Below are positions 12,400-24,839 of a stretch of DNA of 64,000 nucleotides, piece by piece (positions within the stretch are counted from its first letter, which is position 1; every line of letters begins with the position of its first letter). This DNA comes from Perna viridis (Eukaryota): assembly GCA_037379345.1 (NCBI GenBank), contig CM074515.1, positions 44,893,743 to 44,957,742 on the forward strand, given 5' to 3'. Made by a program: the position numbers and the translations under genes. The notes under the pieces were generated by a model. It searched no databases and had not been told where the DNA came from. It saw only the letters and a program-made list of their open reading frames with translations.

Positions 12400-12576
12400 T
12401 GAAAAAAGGAAACCAAAACTTCGTACATGCACAATGTAGCGAAAACAATAATATATAAAACTGAAGATAAAAGATGTAAGACACCACACAAAAAGCAATA
12501 CCTCTGGCAAAATGAACTCCCACCAAAAACTGAGGTTATAGTAGGTCCTCGGAAAGGCAAAGCATGTCCTGCTCCA
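12400..12576 (-). mobile_element. Penelope-like element 3' terminal module (related subfamily), decayed
   Basis: Minus strand ggagcaggacatgctttgcctttccgaggacct...gtttttggtgggagttc followed by a T-rich tract. Confidence 0.5.
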
Positions 12577-12689
12577 GGCGCGGATCCAAGGACTGGCGTG
12601 TCGGGCGTTTAATGAATGAAGAAGAAATTTCTGATTCTTACACTTATTTGGGTCTGTTCTTTAATTATACATTATAAATGTACCATTTT

Positions 12690-12870
12690 CTTCTCTAGAA
12701 AGGAACTTGTAGCACGAGCTAATAATGCATTGTTTGCATTAAACTATAAAATAAGAAATTTAAATATACATATTAATCTTCAACTTTAATGCTTAGTGGT
12801 CTTGTTACTCCTATTGTCTTGTACTCATCCACAAGAAGAAGTTATAAAAATACTGCAATTTTCATCAGTA
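12690..12870 (+). mobile_element. Non-LTR retrotransposon (CR1/L2-group-like) ORF2 C-terminal fragment
   Basis: KELVARANNALFALNYKIRNLNIHINLQL..LVTPIVLYSS matches the post-RT 'LF.SLV.PILLYS' region. Confidence 0.7.
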
Positions 12871-14184
12871 AACAAACCTGTCTTGTCTTTCATATCTTTC
12901 AAGTGAAAGTGTAATCCGGTGACAGTCTAGCAACAATAATGCACCTCCCCGAGTCAGAAAACAATTCGCTTTTGGGCAATCCTCTAAATTTAACATAATA
13001 TCATGATGTTGATAAACTATATGATTCTGAAATAGTGGAAAACGATACAAATTAAACAAATTAAATTGAAATGATAAAACGCGGGAATATCATTTGATCT
13101 TGAACTTGATAAAACAACAATAAATCATGCGACAAAACAAAACCGTTTCATGAACTTAATGGATGATGTCAAAAGAAATCACCACAAATATCTTCAAAAT
13201 GAAAAAAAGATAATACAATTGATTTTAATCGAAAGATACACGTCAAATTGAGGGCTGTAGAAGTAGAATATAATTTATTTTCTATTTGAAGACTAATGAA
13301 TCATTTTGACATATTAATTAATATGCATGCCTTTTAATTTGTGCCAATCGTTGATAAATTCCCAATACATTACTGATTGGTTCTAGTTATTACGATTTCA
13401 ATTGTCCACTCCGTCCTCTAATGACATTTTTTTCATTAACAGCAGCGAGTTGTGGTCATCTGTTAAAGTCATTCATGCCTGTCAAGGTGAAGCTGTGGGC
13501 TGATTAACAAAACTGTATTGCTTGATACAGTAGATTAAATTGTATAAAATGTGTGTTATTGTGGTGAGAATTGAAATAGAAATTTTGATTGTTCATAAAC
13601 ATCGTCTCACTTTCAACCATGTACAGAGATTTCGATGAATCTGACCTGTCCCATTATTGAGGCTTATAAATACACTTAAGTGTAGCAGCTTCAACCTATG
13701 ATAAGATGTGTGTATATGAATATGTAATTTTAAACATTGTCATAGTGTCTCATTAAAACAATAAGACTTTTTAATTATTGTTTTAAAAAAAAACAAAGCT
13801 GTTTAAATTTGATATTATTTAAATTCCACTGTAAGTTATTCCCCTTTTCACATGTAACGATGTTTCAACCGTCCTCGTATAAGTTTCAGGACTTGATGTA
13901 CATTTTTTTTACTTTTGCCCCAACTGAGTAATTCTGGCAAAATGTAAATTTAATATACTCTTCATATACGTTTTGTCTAAAAATGCAACAATCTAAAGAA
14001 AAATGAGACGCTTCTTAACTAGTAAATAACTTGTTTTTCTGGGTTTTTGACATGCTTTAATCACCTCTGTTATTTTAGGACTGTTGCGAAATCATAAAAC
14101 ACTCTTTGATAGTTTTTTTTCAAGCAGGTGGTGAAGATTATTTGTGACTACATCGTAAGAAGTGTCGAACCATCCTATTTATAC

Positions 14185-14365
14185 CCTACTGGTGTACCTG
14201 GTCCATGCTCACATTGCTCAAGTCCGAGTTGCTCATTTACTTTTTCCTTTCTATGTTTTATTTTGGTTATATCATGTTTTTTGTTGTGTTTGTCTGTTTT
14301 CTCTGTCTCATTTGAATCCCTTGACGACATTCGTTTGATTTAATTTAAAATATTGGTTCTCTAGA
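14185..14365 (+). mobile_element. Penelope-like element 3' terminal module
   Basis: accctactggtgtacctggtccatgctc...gtccgagttgctcatttacttt; same core as the other copies. Confidence 0.7.
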
Positions 14366-14523
14366 TTACTGCTTGATCACTTTGTACAGTATATATGACG
14401 TGTACACAAATGTTATGACGTATTAAACACAGTAATGTCAATTTCCTGCTTGGTTTTTTGTTGTTTTGTTTTATTTTGTTTTTAATTGGATTTATTGTTG
14501 TAATATAATTTTCATTCCTGTCT

Positions 14524-14664
14524 GTCATTTCCATCCTGACTTTTCTTTAGTTCTGTACTTATACTAGTTCCTTATGTTTATGCTAAAGCCGAAGTCATTT
14601 CCAGCCTGTCTTTTCTTAGTTCTGTACTTATACTAGTTCCTTATGTTTATGCTAAAACCGAAGT
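14524..14664. repeat. Tandem duplication, 2 x about 70 bp
   Basis: gtcatttcca...tagttctgtacttatactagttccttatgtttatgctaaa(g/a)ccgaag occurs twice back to back. Confidence 0.95.
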
Positions 14665-15234
14665 TGATTTTATATTATATCACAAGTTATCATGTGAAGT
14701 GACCCTGACCGTTTGCATTCAATTACCTTTGGGTTCAAACTGAGGCAACCCAATATAAATAGTTTTAATTAATGGGTATTGTTGTATAGACAAATTATCT
14801 TCAATTATATTGTTAGATTTCATTAATCTAATGTTGTTGTATCGAAGTCAATGTTATTTCTGTAGCCTATCAACGAACTTTTGTCAATTCACCGTGACGT
14901 TTAATAAACAAAGTGAACAATTCTTAGTCCTGTAGTTTGACAATCAAAAACATATTTTCACGGAATCAATTTAAATTGACAGTCCTGAAAATAATTTATC
15001 TTTTAACAGTTCAAAACATGGAGGTTTTTATGATATTTATACATCAATGCCATAACGACAATGAAATAACAAATGAAATCAGTGACAATCAAGTTAGTAA
15101 AATGAAAACAAAATCTGACGAAATTTAGCAAAGGAGACGAAAACTAAAATCATGAACAAAGCACTCATAAAAGAAACATAACTGTAGTTTAATGGGCGAC
15201 TCAAAACTGAGAATAAAACCAGTATAATGAGTAA

Positions 15235-15553
15235 GATAAGACTGCTCATCTCTCTGTCAGAGTGGTTAAAGGCCGTGAGGTCTTTAATTTTGAAACGAAT
15301 GAAGGTTTTAAGTAGGTCAATGAGTGCCATAGCTACATCAGTTTTCAAAGACCCTGATGTAGCAAAAACATTGTCTACTATACATGACAAGTATGTTGTC
15401 GTACCAGCAGACAAAGCCCAAAACATACTTTGTATGTATGATTTTAGTTACTTTGTGTTCTTTTTTGTGTATGTCTGTTTTCCATGTCTGGTCTTTGTCC
15501 CTGGATTACATTCTTTTGATTACCGCTATAACCTTGGTTCCCTTGATTACTCT
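15235..15553 (+). mobile_element. Internally deleted Penelope-like element (DKA region fused to 3' terminal module)
   Basis: EWLKAVRSLI...SVFKDPDVAKTLSTIHDKYVVVPADKAQN is joined at about 15425 to the 3' module ending ...ccttgattactct. Confidence 0.85.
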
Positions 15554-18500
15554 TTCATAGAATTGTGCGTAAACGACATCGAAAATTAAGCCATTATCTG
15601 TTTCATATATTTGTACTGATGAAAAAAACTGGTAGAAAATTAACATCCTGGTTTTGCACTACTTCAACGAAACAAGAGTAAATATTTTTTTTATTATTTA
15701 TATACTATTTACTTATTCATAATAACCTTTAATTGAGGTACCACCAGCACTATTTGAGATGCCATCATATAATGTAATCAAATAAAATACTTTAAAACAA
15801 TAATTTACTCTCGCTAGTATCATATTCTCTTACATAACACATTAATCAAAAGAAAAAAAATGTTTTGACAAATCTATTTGATATAGGCCTACAAAATGAA
15901 TGAAAACAAGATTATTGCGCATGATATATATCACATTATGTAACAAATAACAGGGTACTCAGCAGTGACTCGCATCATACAAGCAGTAAAATATCCAATA
16001 AACGATTAAAGGTATTTTGTCATGTAATCCATCATGCATAAGCTTAATTACATAAAAGGAGTTGATGCAATAAGCAAAAAGCTCTTAAGCCAATTATTTA
16101 ATCTGCATTTCAGGATTTCATAGGTTGCTAAGGTGATTGATTTTGAACTTCGCCTGGACTCGCCTTGAGTAAGTCCCCTGTCACAACTACAAAAAATATC
16201 ACTTATTTGATATCCTTTCAATAAAAGAGTTATATAACAAAACAAATCTAAGCGCACCCCTGATGATAAGGTTGTATTCGAACAAAGAAGCTTTGGTCAC
16301 TCATCAATGAAAAACTGGTTTCTTTCGTAGCGATTATTTGTTCGAAAAATTAACATTCATAATTATACCCTTTTTCATATTTTAAGGGAAGAGTTAGAGT
16401 AAAGAGAGGGTTTTCATTTTGTATTATTTGCCTTGTTGTTCTTATTCAAAGAGCATTGTTCATTTCCAAATATTTCTTTACTTCTTGCCATTTGCATTTT
16501 GATCTTATTTATTTTCTTTTCATTTAAGAAATATTACCAAGCTACATCTGGTCTTGTGTATCAAAGTGGCATTCCACAATGACACTGAGTCGCACTTTAC
16601 CGAGCATTAATACAACAAACAAGTCTTGAATCAATGTTTTACTGGCTTTTAGGTACACTAATTCCGTCAGACAGTGAGTTAATCTTGGAAGATCAAGAAA
16701 TTAATATTAACAACCATACTCTCTCTATATATTTTATAAGGTCGATGATTGGTAGCAAAACGTTCCTGTTAAATGGTGTAAGCTCAAACTGTTAAAATGC
16801 CGTGCGAGCTTATTTTATAACTTCATATTTTTGGCACAGGTACTTTTTGGTTTTCTTTTTACTTTTTTGCTATTTTTTGTTTTACATAAATGGTATCCTA
16901 TGAGCACTAGACTAAATCAACATAATGTTGATAAGCTAATTTCATGATTGCATGTCAACAATATTACTCAACATCTAGATCTGTTTTTAACGATCTGTCT
17001 TTTTTTGTCGTTGTTAAATAATCGACCGACTTTTTTTCAAACAATTGTTCAGGTAAAAGTTTTGGCAATTTATACAATGTAATGAAAATTGATTTTTACA
17101 CTATTATGATTTCCAGAAAACATCTGTACAATGATAAAATGTAGATTAGATAAAAACCATAGAAGCTTGGAATACCATCTTAGATCCACAAAAGATCATT
17201 TTCCGGTTCTTCTGTTTGTTTGTTTGTTTTGTTTGCTTGTTGATTGTTATAATTTGTTCTTTCTTCCTTTTTTCTATTTTAAGATCTTTGAACAAACCCC
17301 TACTAATGATTACATAAAGAATATGTCTTTGTCTCTTGATATATGTCATTGCAATAAGGTTGGAATAAAGCGTTAAATTTGCATTAGTTCTTCCAACTGT
17401 TATGATGTTATGAAATTATTTGCTATTAATACTAATCTATCATCATGTTTTAAATTTCAGAAAATGACAACCGCTAATGGTCATTAAATACTATCTGTAT
17501 TCATAGCACATGTCATTATCACTGTCCCAAGACTAGCGCTGGACACGTGCTGTCACGTGGCATTTGTAGAGCGGTCTTATTAATAGCCTTTCATTCTTAT
17601 GGATTCAATTTTCTTTGTAATCACAAAATCATACCTGCAGAAAATTAGTTGGCCTGAAATGACCAATGGCCACTCGATGGCCACTTCAGAGCCTTTGTGT
17701 AGTAAATCCAAGTATTGAGATGGCTTTGAAAAGTTTCGATCTAGCTTCCGGAAATGTATTGTCAAACAAAGCAATTTTGAGTGCTTCCTGATTTGAACAG
17801 TTCATTATAGAAAAATAATACCAACGAGAAACTAAAAAGATTATTTTCGGCTTCTTTAAACAATTACAAAATTAACGAATTATTTGTTGGCATCTGTTAC
17901 TGTTTTATCTTCACAAAACATACTTTATAATGTAACAATCCAAATATAATAATTGAAATAAAACATTACGACGCATTCAAATATTTAGCTAGCACACTAA
18001 TAACAAGCAAAAAAAATCTATTTTGTAAAAAGAAAATGCATTTCATGTAGAATATATTAAAGGGGCATATGATAAAGTCAAATGTATCTTAATGTTTGGA
18101 TGTTTTTGTTGTTTATCAGTAGCATAAAAAGCACACACCCCAACAAAAATCTACTTTTCATCGATTGCATCTTTATCAATATACTTTTATTTTCAAATGC
18201 TTCTGTGCATGCGATTCAATATATTTTATTTTTTATAAATGCAGTTGACCTCTAGATTTAAAATTTGACTATACCCTTTCTACGTTCTCAAAAACATCAC
18301 ACAAGAAGTTGGGTTTCCATGACTTAGCTTTGCCTCCTTCTCGTCGAGTAGTAATTTAATTCGTAGGTATTTCAAAGCATTGCTGATAGCTTATTAAAAC
18401 ATTACTAGTCAAACTTTAAGGCAAAATATTTGCAGCCAAAATTGCAAACGTTTCTTGCGGAAGACAAATTGCATCATGACTAATCAACATTAGTAACAAA

Positions 18501-18789
18501 ATAGCCATTTAATGTTCTTATATCGTGAGCTCGCTTATTTGTATCTTGTCAGTTATGGCTTACAGTGATAAAAAATACCATTAAACATCAAAGTTTTAGT
18601 TCTCCATTGCAACTTAGAAATAAAGAGTTGTAATAAAATACTTTACGTGGCGAATGTGAGTGATAGCTGAAAAACGTAGACGTCTCTATTTGTTTAATTG
18701 TTTAAAGTGTGGTCTGTTTAGGCATCACTTGCAAAATCTTAAATCGAAGGATTTTTTGGGGAGAATGACGAAGGAGCTATTTATTTATT

Positions 18790-18940
18790 TGTGTGTGTGT
18801 GTGTGCTTTTTTTTTTTAAATTGTACTTTTTTTAAAGTAGTAGTCTTTGTAAGAATCATGTAATCTGTGTGTGTGTGTGGTTTTTTTTTTTTAAATTGTA
18901 CTTTTTTTAAAGTAGTAGTCTTTGTAAGAATCATGTAATC
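18790..18940. repeat. Tandem duplication, 2 x about 75 bp, each headed by (GT)n-polyT
   Basis: aaattgtact...aaagtagtagtctttgtaagaatcatgtaatc occurs twice. Confidence 0.95.
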
Positions 18941-19727
18941 ATAATCATATTCTGTAATATGTAATACTAGTATACCCCAAAAAGGCTACATATTTTTATA
19001 TATGTTGTTAAGTTGCTTGATAGGTCTTTATGATGAAATGTATAATTATTCATTCCAATTTGTTTGTTCATAGGAGATAACCCACATTGAAAATCCAACA
19101 GTTTCAATTGTATTTCAATAGTCATTTACATAATCATCGCCATTGATTTTAAATTTTACTCTGCATTCTATATATTTTTTTATCTCCTATAAACAAGGGT
19201 TATATGAAAAGCCACATAATTTATGTTTACTAGAAAATTTTAAAAAATATCAAAACTAAAAATTTGTAGGTTTTCTACCATTAATTACATTTTGCAAGAT
19301 TCTTATCTAGGGTGGTACTTAACTACTTGTTAAAAAAGCAGATTCATTTTTTTTTTGTGTAGGGCTATCATTTTGTGCATTCATAATGCTCATTGATCGT
19401 AAGCTGTATGTGTGATGAACATGTATAGTATGTCCCTCAACATGCACATGTATTAACTGCACACCCGTATTATGCATTTAATCATTAAAAAAATTCTTAA
19501 TTATAAATTACATAAATCTTTGATCGTTCCAACATTCCAACGTTTTGATGTTCAAGTTATACTTTAATTTTATTTATTGCAATTGTTCAGTAAACAAAAT
19601 CAGTTATGTCACTACGAATATACGCTTTCTTTATTTTTTGTAATTCTGGTCGATTTTTTACATTATTACAACAGTTACACCTGCTTAACTGATCTGCCGT
19701 GCGTTACTTTATATTTGATGCTCTAAT

Positions 19728-20048
19728 GCTACATCAGGTTTCAAAGATCTCGATGTAGCAAAAATATTGTACTCTATATGACAATTGTGTTTTTTTTTAC
19801 CAGGAGACGAAGTCAAACGCAACATTATTTTGTGAGAAAGACAAATTACAATCAGTCTTTATCATCAGAGGTAGACGTAGAAAATAGTGGCAGTATTAAG
19901 ACACATACTGCTACCACACTCTCCAAAGAACAGATAGTGAAAACCATAAATCCGTTCTATCCTCTTTTGGTATCTCCACTCAAGACAAAAGAAATGTGAT
20001 CTTTGGTCCATGAATTGAATTCCAAATTTCCACAGGAGTACAAACAAA
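19728..20048 (+). mobile_element. Penelope-like element fragment (same family as 15235)
   Basis: ATSGFKDLDVAKIL...TATTLSKEQIV...SMN*IPNFH is homologous to the 15330-15425 segment and continues to a decayed WIPKLHK motif. Confidence 0.8.
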
Positions 20049-20049
20049 G

Positions 20050-20960
20050 AAAATCTTCATTGAACGAAGAACCCATCTACCACGGGGCAGTCTGTGATTT
20101 AAGTACTATGGCGTGGTAACAACCCTTCCTCTTTAAAATCTGACGACTTTGAAATAATATTACACCATTAAACATACCTAAGATCAGTTTCAAAAGATCT
20201 GAGTCCCTTGTTAAAACAGAAATAAAGAAACTGATTGTACGTTACACAAATGTACAAAGAACTACTAGAAGTTAACTGGTATGCCATCTCTCATCGTGTG
20301 TAATATCAATTTCAATTCTTACAATGAATGGTTGAGAACCACAGTACAACATAAATCTTACAATATGGATACAACCAATGTCATGCCCAAAACTGCTTTT
20401 AAAATATAGTGTTTTAATATCTATGTTTTTCCAAGACCCTATGAGCGAATCAATGTTAATACCTAAAAATGCTATCCTTAACGAATTTACAGGAATATCA
20501 TACCTAAAACCCTTACGAATAAGCATAATCATCGGCTTAGTTAACTTATTTGGTGTGCATTGAGCTTTCCGTGCTTTTAGAATATTAATGTTACATATAG
20601 GGTTGGAGAAACCTGCATGTTTCAATCGTTTACAAATACATCTATATTTAAACATGAGTTCCTTGTATCGGTTGAAAAATATTGTAAATGTTTGACGAGC
20701 TTGTGATATTGCAAACCTTGATGTAGTTATATCTCTGTTTTATAAAGATTTCTTTCGTTGAAATCCAAAACATTGTTACAAAAACGAGCAAATCGAACCA
20801 GTTGTAATATATAAACACCATATTATAGTGACAAGGGGACGTCACAATCAAAACACGGATTGTTGACAACAGAGAATAAAAAATCATCCCTTTTATCATA
20901 ATTTGTAGTGTTAAGCTTACCATTATTGATATAAATTCTGAGGTCAAAAAATGGGCATAT
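20050..20960 (-). mobile_element. Penelope-like (Naiad) RT C-terminus and 3' UTR
   Basis: GKLNTTNYDKRDDF.FSVVN.P.FD.DVPLS..YGVYILQLVRFARFCNNVLDFNERNL...HQG.QYHKLVK...KGFRYD...GINIDSLIGS; ORF ends at about 20425. Confidence 0.9.
20299..20362 (-). promoter_or_regulatory. Decayed SECIS-like hairpin
   Basis: TGTAA-gattt-ATGT-...ggttct-CAA..-agaatt..-TGAT-a-TTACA. Lower helix, 3' UGAN and part of the upper stem are present. The core reads AUGU instead of AUGA. It lies about 60 nt after the ORF end. Confidence 0.4.
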
Positions 20961-21235
20961 TTGCTTTAAAAAAAAAGTTCCTCGGGATATATATCTCAAG
21001 TATAGATTTTGAGCTCGTCGTTGTTTAGAACCAAGATATCGTCCAAATATCTAAAGGCCTTATATTGTTTTGTACCGAGTGTTGTTTATTTATCCTAGTC
21101 ATAAATTGTGACTCGTAACAATACAGTGATGTAAGCGATTTAAATGATGTCCAATTAACGTAGATATACGTTTTTCTTTACTAAAGAATGGTCTAAAATA
21201 ATTCGAACAAATATATTCACATCCCGATTTTTAAA

Positions 21236-21430
21236 GAGTTATCAAGGGAACCAAGGTTATAGCGGTAATCAAAAGAATGTAATCCAGGAACAAAGACCAG
21301 ACATGGAAAACAGACATACACAGCAAAGAACATAAAGTAACTAAAATCATACATACAAAGTAACAAAAGCAAATGAACAACTCGAACTCCACTATAAACT
21401 GGGAGCATGGACCAGGTGCACCGATAGGGT
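21236..21430 (-). mobile_element. Penelope-like element 3' terminal module (young copy)
   Basis: Reverse complement matches 15428-15553 with only a handful of mismatches over about 125 bp. Confidence 0.9.
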
Positions 21431-21739
21431 AAAAATACCATTTGATAAGATCTGCAAATTTTTGTTTTATGAAATTATGTGGAAGTATAGTGCAAAGAGT
21501 TTAAAATTCAAATATTTGAACTGATTCGAAAGATCCAATACAGGCATATGATTTATCAAGCACTTCAAGTGAGCTTTTAACACTCCAAAAATAGTTTATT
21601 CCACTATTTTCATAAGGTTTGTTGCAAACATTGATAATTATTTTTTATGGAATTGATAGCACTAGTTAGTAAAATAGAAAGACTGGTCTTAGAGCAATGA
21701 CCTAAAGAGGAAATAAATATATTTGTATATTTAAACATT

Positions 21740-23100
21740 ATGTGTGGGGTTTGGGAAGCCAGTACGCAGTAGGAACTTCCATGCTACTAGGCTCAGCTTG
21801 TAAAGAGATATCGACGAGTTATTTGTTCACAATTTCACTTCTTGAAAATTTAGTCAGTTGAGGTGTAGGCAAATTCGCAATTTCTTTTTGTAGAGTTTTA
21901 ATATGAAATTTACGTCAAATAACAATAACATTATTTGCAGCTTTATCAGCAGGAACAAAAACAAATTCCTTGCTTAGTTCATTTAATTGTGTTTCTTTTT
22001 TTTTGTGGGAAATTTTTATTAAGAGTAAGTGTTCCTAGAAATGTTTTATTAAGAGTAAGTGTTCCTCGAAATGTTTTATTCGGATTTTCATAACTGATCT
22101 TATGCTTTCTTGTCTACTTTTTCACGTTTTATCCATTTTATACAAAACGAATGGAATGTGTCTTGGGTGATGTTACAACATTTATTCCAATTGATAGTGG
22201 CTGGAGGACAATACATATGTTCTTTTTGAAGAAATGTTTTCACCTCTCGGTCGATAAAGGCACGGCATTCAGATTATAAGTAATAACATGGGAACTGGAA
22301 CCTAAAATATACTTTGAGTTACTGTAATTTCAGGATATTGGCGTATTTTCATAATATTCACATCTTTGCATAATTTGCTATAATGAAGGACATGTTTACG
22401 TGTCGGCTCTTCTTGTAAATATAGTAAATAGAAGAGAGTTCAGTATTAAAGCAAGGATAGTTTCCTTAACTGTATGATCATTCAGTTTAATTAATATATT
22501 TATGTTTTAGCAAATACTTTTTGTGGTTTTCTGGACGATCAATTTTTGGGAAAAGTTTGGAATAACAGTAGGCAATCATAATTTTAACAGTTTCATATTT
22601 TGGACTGCTGAACGAAATTGTATTTCCTCTATAGAATAGAATGTTAGTGACTGGTATTGAACATTGAATTAGGTTTGATTAAGAGTTGATGACGGTCATT
22701 GCTTATTTTTTTTTTAAATTATAATAAAGTTTGGAACCGAGGTATTGTTATTACGATGCTTCCGTTTATTGCGATTTAATCTGTGTCCATTAGACCTGTT
22801 GTTACGCAATGGTTAATTTAGAAACAATAACGAAAATACTGACCGAATCCATTTTTGAGATGTTTCCATTTCGTTAAGACCGAAAAGGTAAACTGTTCGT
22901 AATTTCCGTATCCATTCCAATTCAACCAATCTACGGGAATGACGGAATTTTGAATGAAATTCTCCTGACTTTCAAATGTTAAACATTTAAATGTTGTGTG
23001 TTATGATTGTGTTTTTGATAATGCTCTTAAATGACACTTTCAAATTTTTTTATCTGTTGAAACAATATAGATGTTCCTGTTCGTTTTGACAAGTTTTCAC
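21740..23100 (-). mobile_element. Naiad-clade Penelope-like element, N-terminal part: GIY-YIG endonuclease, linker, start of RT
   Basis: In 5'-3' order: LSKRT.EHLYCFN; RRLVELEWIRKLRTVYLFGLN (GIY-YIG C-terminal motif, about 22873-22935); TPIS*NYSNSKYILGSSSHVITYNL (CxC..GHVITGDL linker); FVFVPADKAANNVIVI*RKFH; VPTAYWLPK. The endonuclease lies upstream of RT. Confidence 0.88.
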
Positions 23101-23587
23101 ATTACAACTCATACGTTATGGCAGAGCGTGCCGTAACTACGCAGACGTTTTGTACCGTACTAGACATCTTACAATTGAGCTTCTGGAACAGCGTTAGGTT
23201 GTTACAAGATTGAAGACATCACTACAGAAATTTTATCAGTCGTCATCATGAACTTGTTAACCGAGTCATAGTTTTCCTTTTCTCTTTCGTTAACTCCGGA
23301 CTCTTTATGAGTAACTCGGCGGGTTTTCCTAGATAAACACCTAATCGTAAGTTATGATGTCATAATAGAGTTAAGTATTATGACGTCACAACTTACGACT
23401 AATTTTTCTCTTACGATTTTTTGTGAAAAGGTCCACTGGCCCATGATCCAAGTGTCAAGTTGATTCAAGGTTGTTCCTTAACTTTTGTCTCTGTACGTGT
23501 TATTTTGGTTATTTCATATTCTTTGTTGCGTGTATCTATTTTCTCTATATAGTCATTACCCTTGATCTTGGTTACCTTGATTACTCT
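23100..23587 (+). mobile_element. Penelope-like element RT C-terminal end and 3' module, interrupted by a MITE fragment
   Basis: LQLIRYGRACRNYADVLYR..LLEQ..RLKTSLQKFY.RHHELVNR, then 3' UTR ending ccttgattactct. Confidence 0.85.
23345..23435. mobile_element. Palindromic MITE fragment
   Basis: 23-bp inverted arms at 23345-23367 and 23376-23398 (2 mismatches, 8-nt loop), inserted within the PLE 3' UTR. Confidence 0.6.
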
Positions 23588-24339
23588 TTGATAAAGGATT
23601 ATATGTAAATCCACTGACATATAATTAAATTAAAATGACTACCCTAACAACGCACCTGGTCTATTATATTTTTTTAGTTTCATTTTCTCATTTGTCTGTG
23701 CGTGATGATGGGTGGGTAGGGTCCATTTTACTCAGATTTGTTTTCAAGATTTTATTGGAGTTTGGTGTGTGCATTGTGTTTGTTGTTGGTTGTTACTGTG
23801 TTCATTTTCTATGATTCGTCTTATATTTTGACAGTAGAATATCGTTTAACCGCAATAACCCTTAGTTTCACTCATCTGAAATTCAAAAATTAGTAAACAG
23901 TTCTAACTTTACAAATTGTTAAGTGCTAAAATAATATAAGATAATGCGGTTCTTTTAATGAACTGACAATTCGACACTTTTATTCTTGGTTTAATTGCCT
24001 GATATATTCTATAGATTTTTAATGTATGCCAGTGGATTCACAATAGATAAACTAATTATAACTGCTTATAATCAAATTGTTGCATTAGGACTTTTCGAAG
24101 ATCCATAATTGAGTTAACTGGAAAGTTTTGAAACGCTGTATTGTAGGACTTCATTACTCACATAGGACTTATTGTTGAAGGTTCCCATTTATAAATGGAA
24201 GATATTGATAATAGCAAGTTATTAATTTTAACAGTTGAGAACAAAATGTGTCAATTGTCTTAATCCATTACTTAGCAATGTTCAAATTATATTTCCAATT
24301 ATTCATTTCTATTTATTCATATTTTTTTCATAACTCTTT

Positions 24340-24656
24340 ATTTAGGTCTGCCTTTCAATCAAGGATTGGGCATTCTAAGCATAACTTGGAAATAGTAAAC
24401 TTACATTTGAAAATGTGTTGGGCTCTAAATTTTAATATGGAAGAAAAGGGTTGTCTGTGTATGAAGGCTGATACAAATATTTACAGCTAGATATATAAGG
24501 ATCATCGTGCTGAGATGAAGACTGAGTTTATATCAATTGATGATTCCTTATACAGATGAAAGCAATAATTTTTCATCGATAAAGACAAGACCATTGGGTC
24601 TCCACTATAGATGATAGACAAATATAAATAAAGAGATGTTCTGTTCTGTTCTGTTT
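24340..24656 (+). mobile_element. LINE 3' end, decayed
   Basis: Decayed NLEIVNLH.K.VLG-type ORF2 tail, then AATAAA followed directly by a (TGTTC)n tail. Confidence 0.55.
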
Positions 24657-24669
24657 GTGATTTAAATTA

Positions 24670-24819
24670 NNNNNNNNNNNNNNNNNNNNNNNNNNNNNNN
24701 NNNNNNNNNNNNNNNNNNNNNNNNNNNNNNNNNNNNNNNNNNNNNNNNNNNNNNNNNNNNNNNNNNNNNNNNNNNNNNNNNNNNNNNNNNNNNNNNNNNN
24801 NNNNNNNNNNNNNNNNNNN
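24670..24819. other. Assembly gap (150 N)
   Basis: Run of N. Confidence 1.
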
Positions 24820-24839
24820 TTTAAAAAAGCTTTCCCATC

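Noticed and set aside
11773-21441. Similar hydrophobic ORFs (11773, 14128, 15227 tail, 21217) as a membrane peptide family
   Set aside because: They are translations of the T-rich PLE 3' module and are not independent genes.
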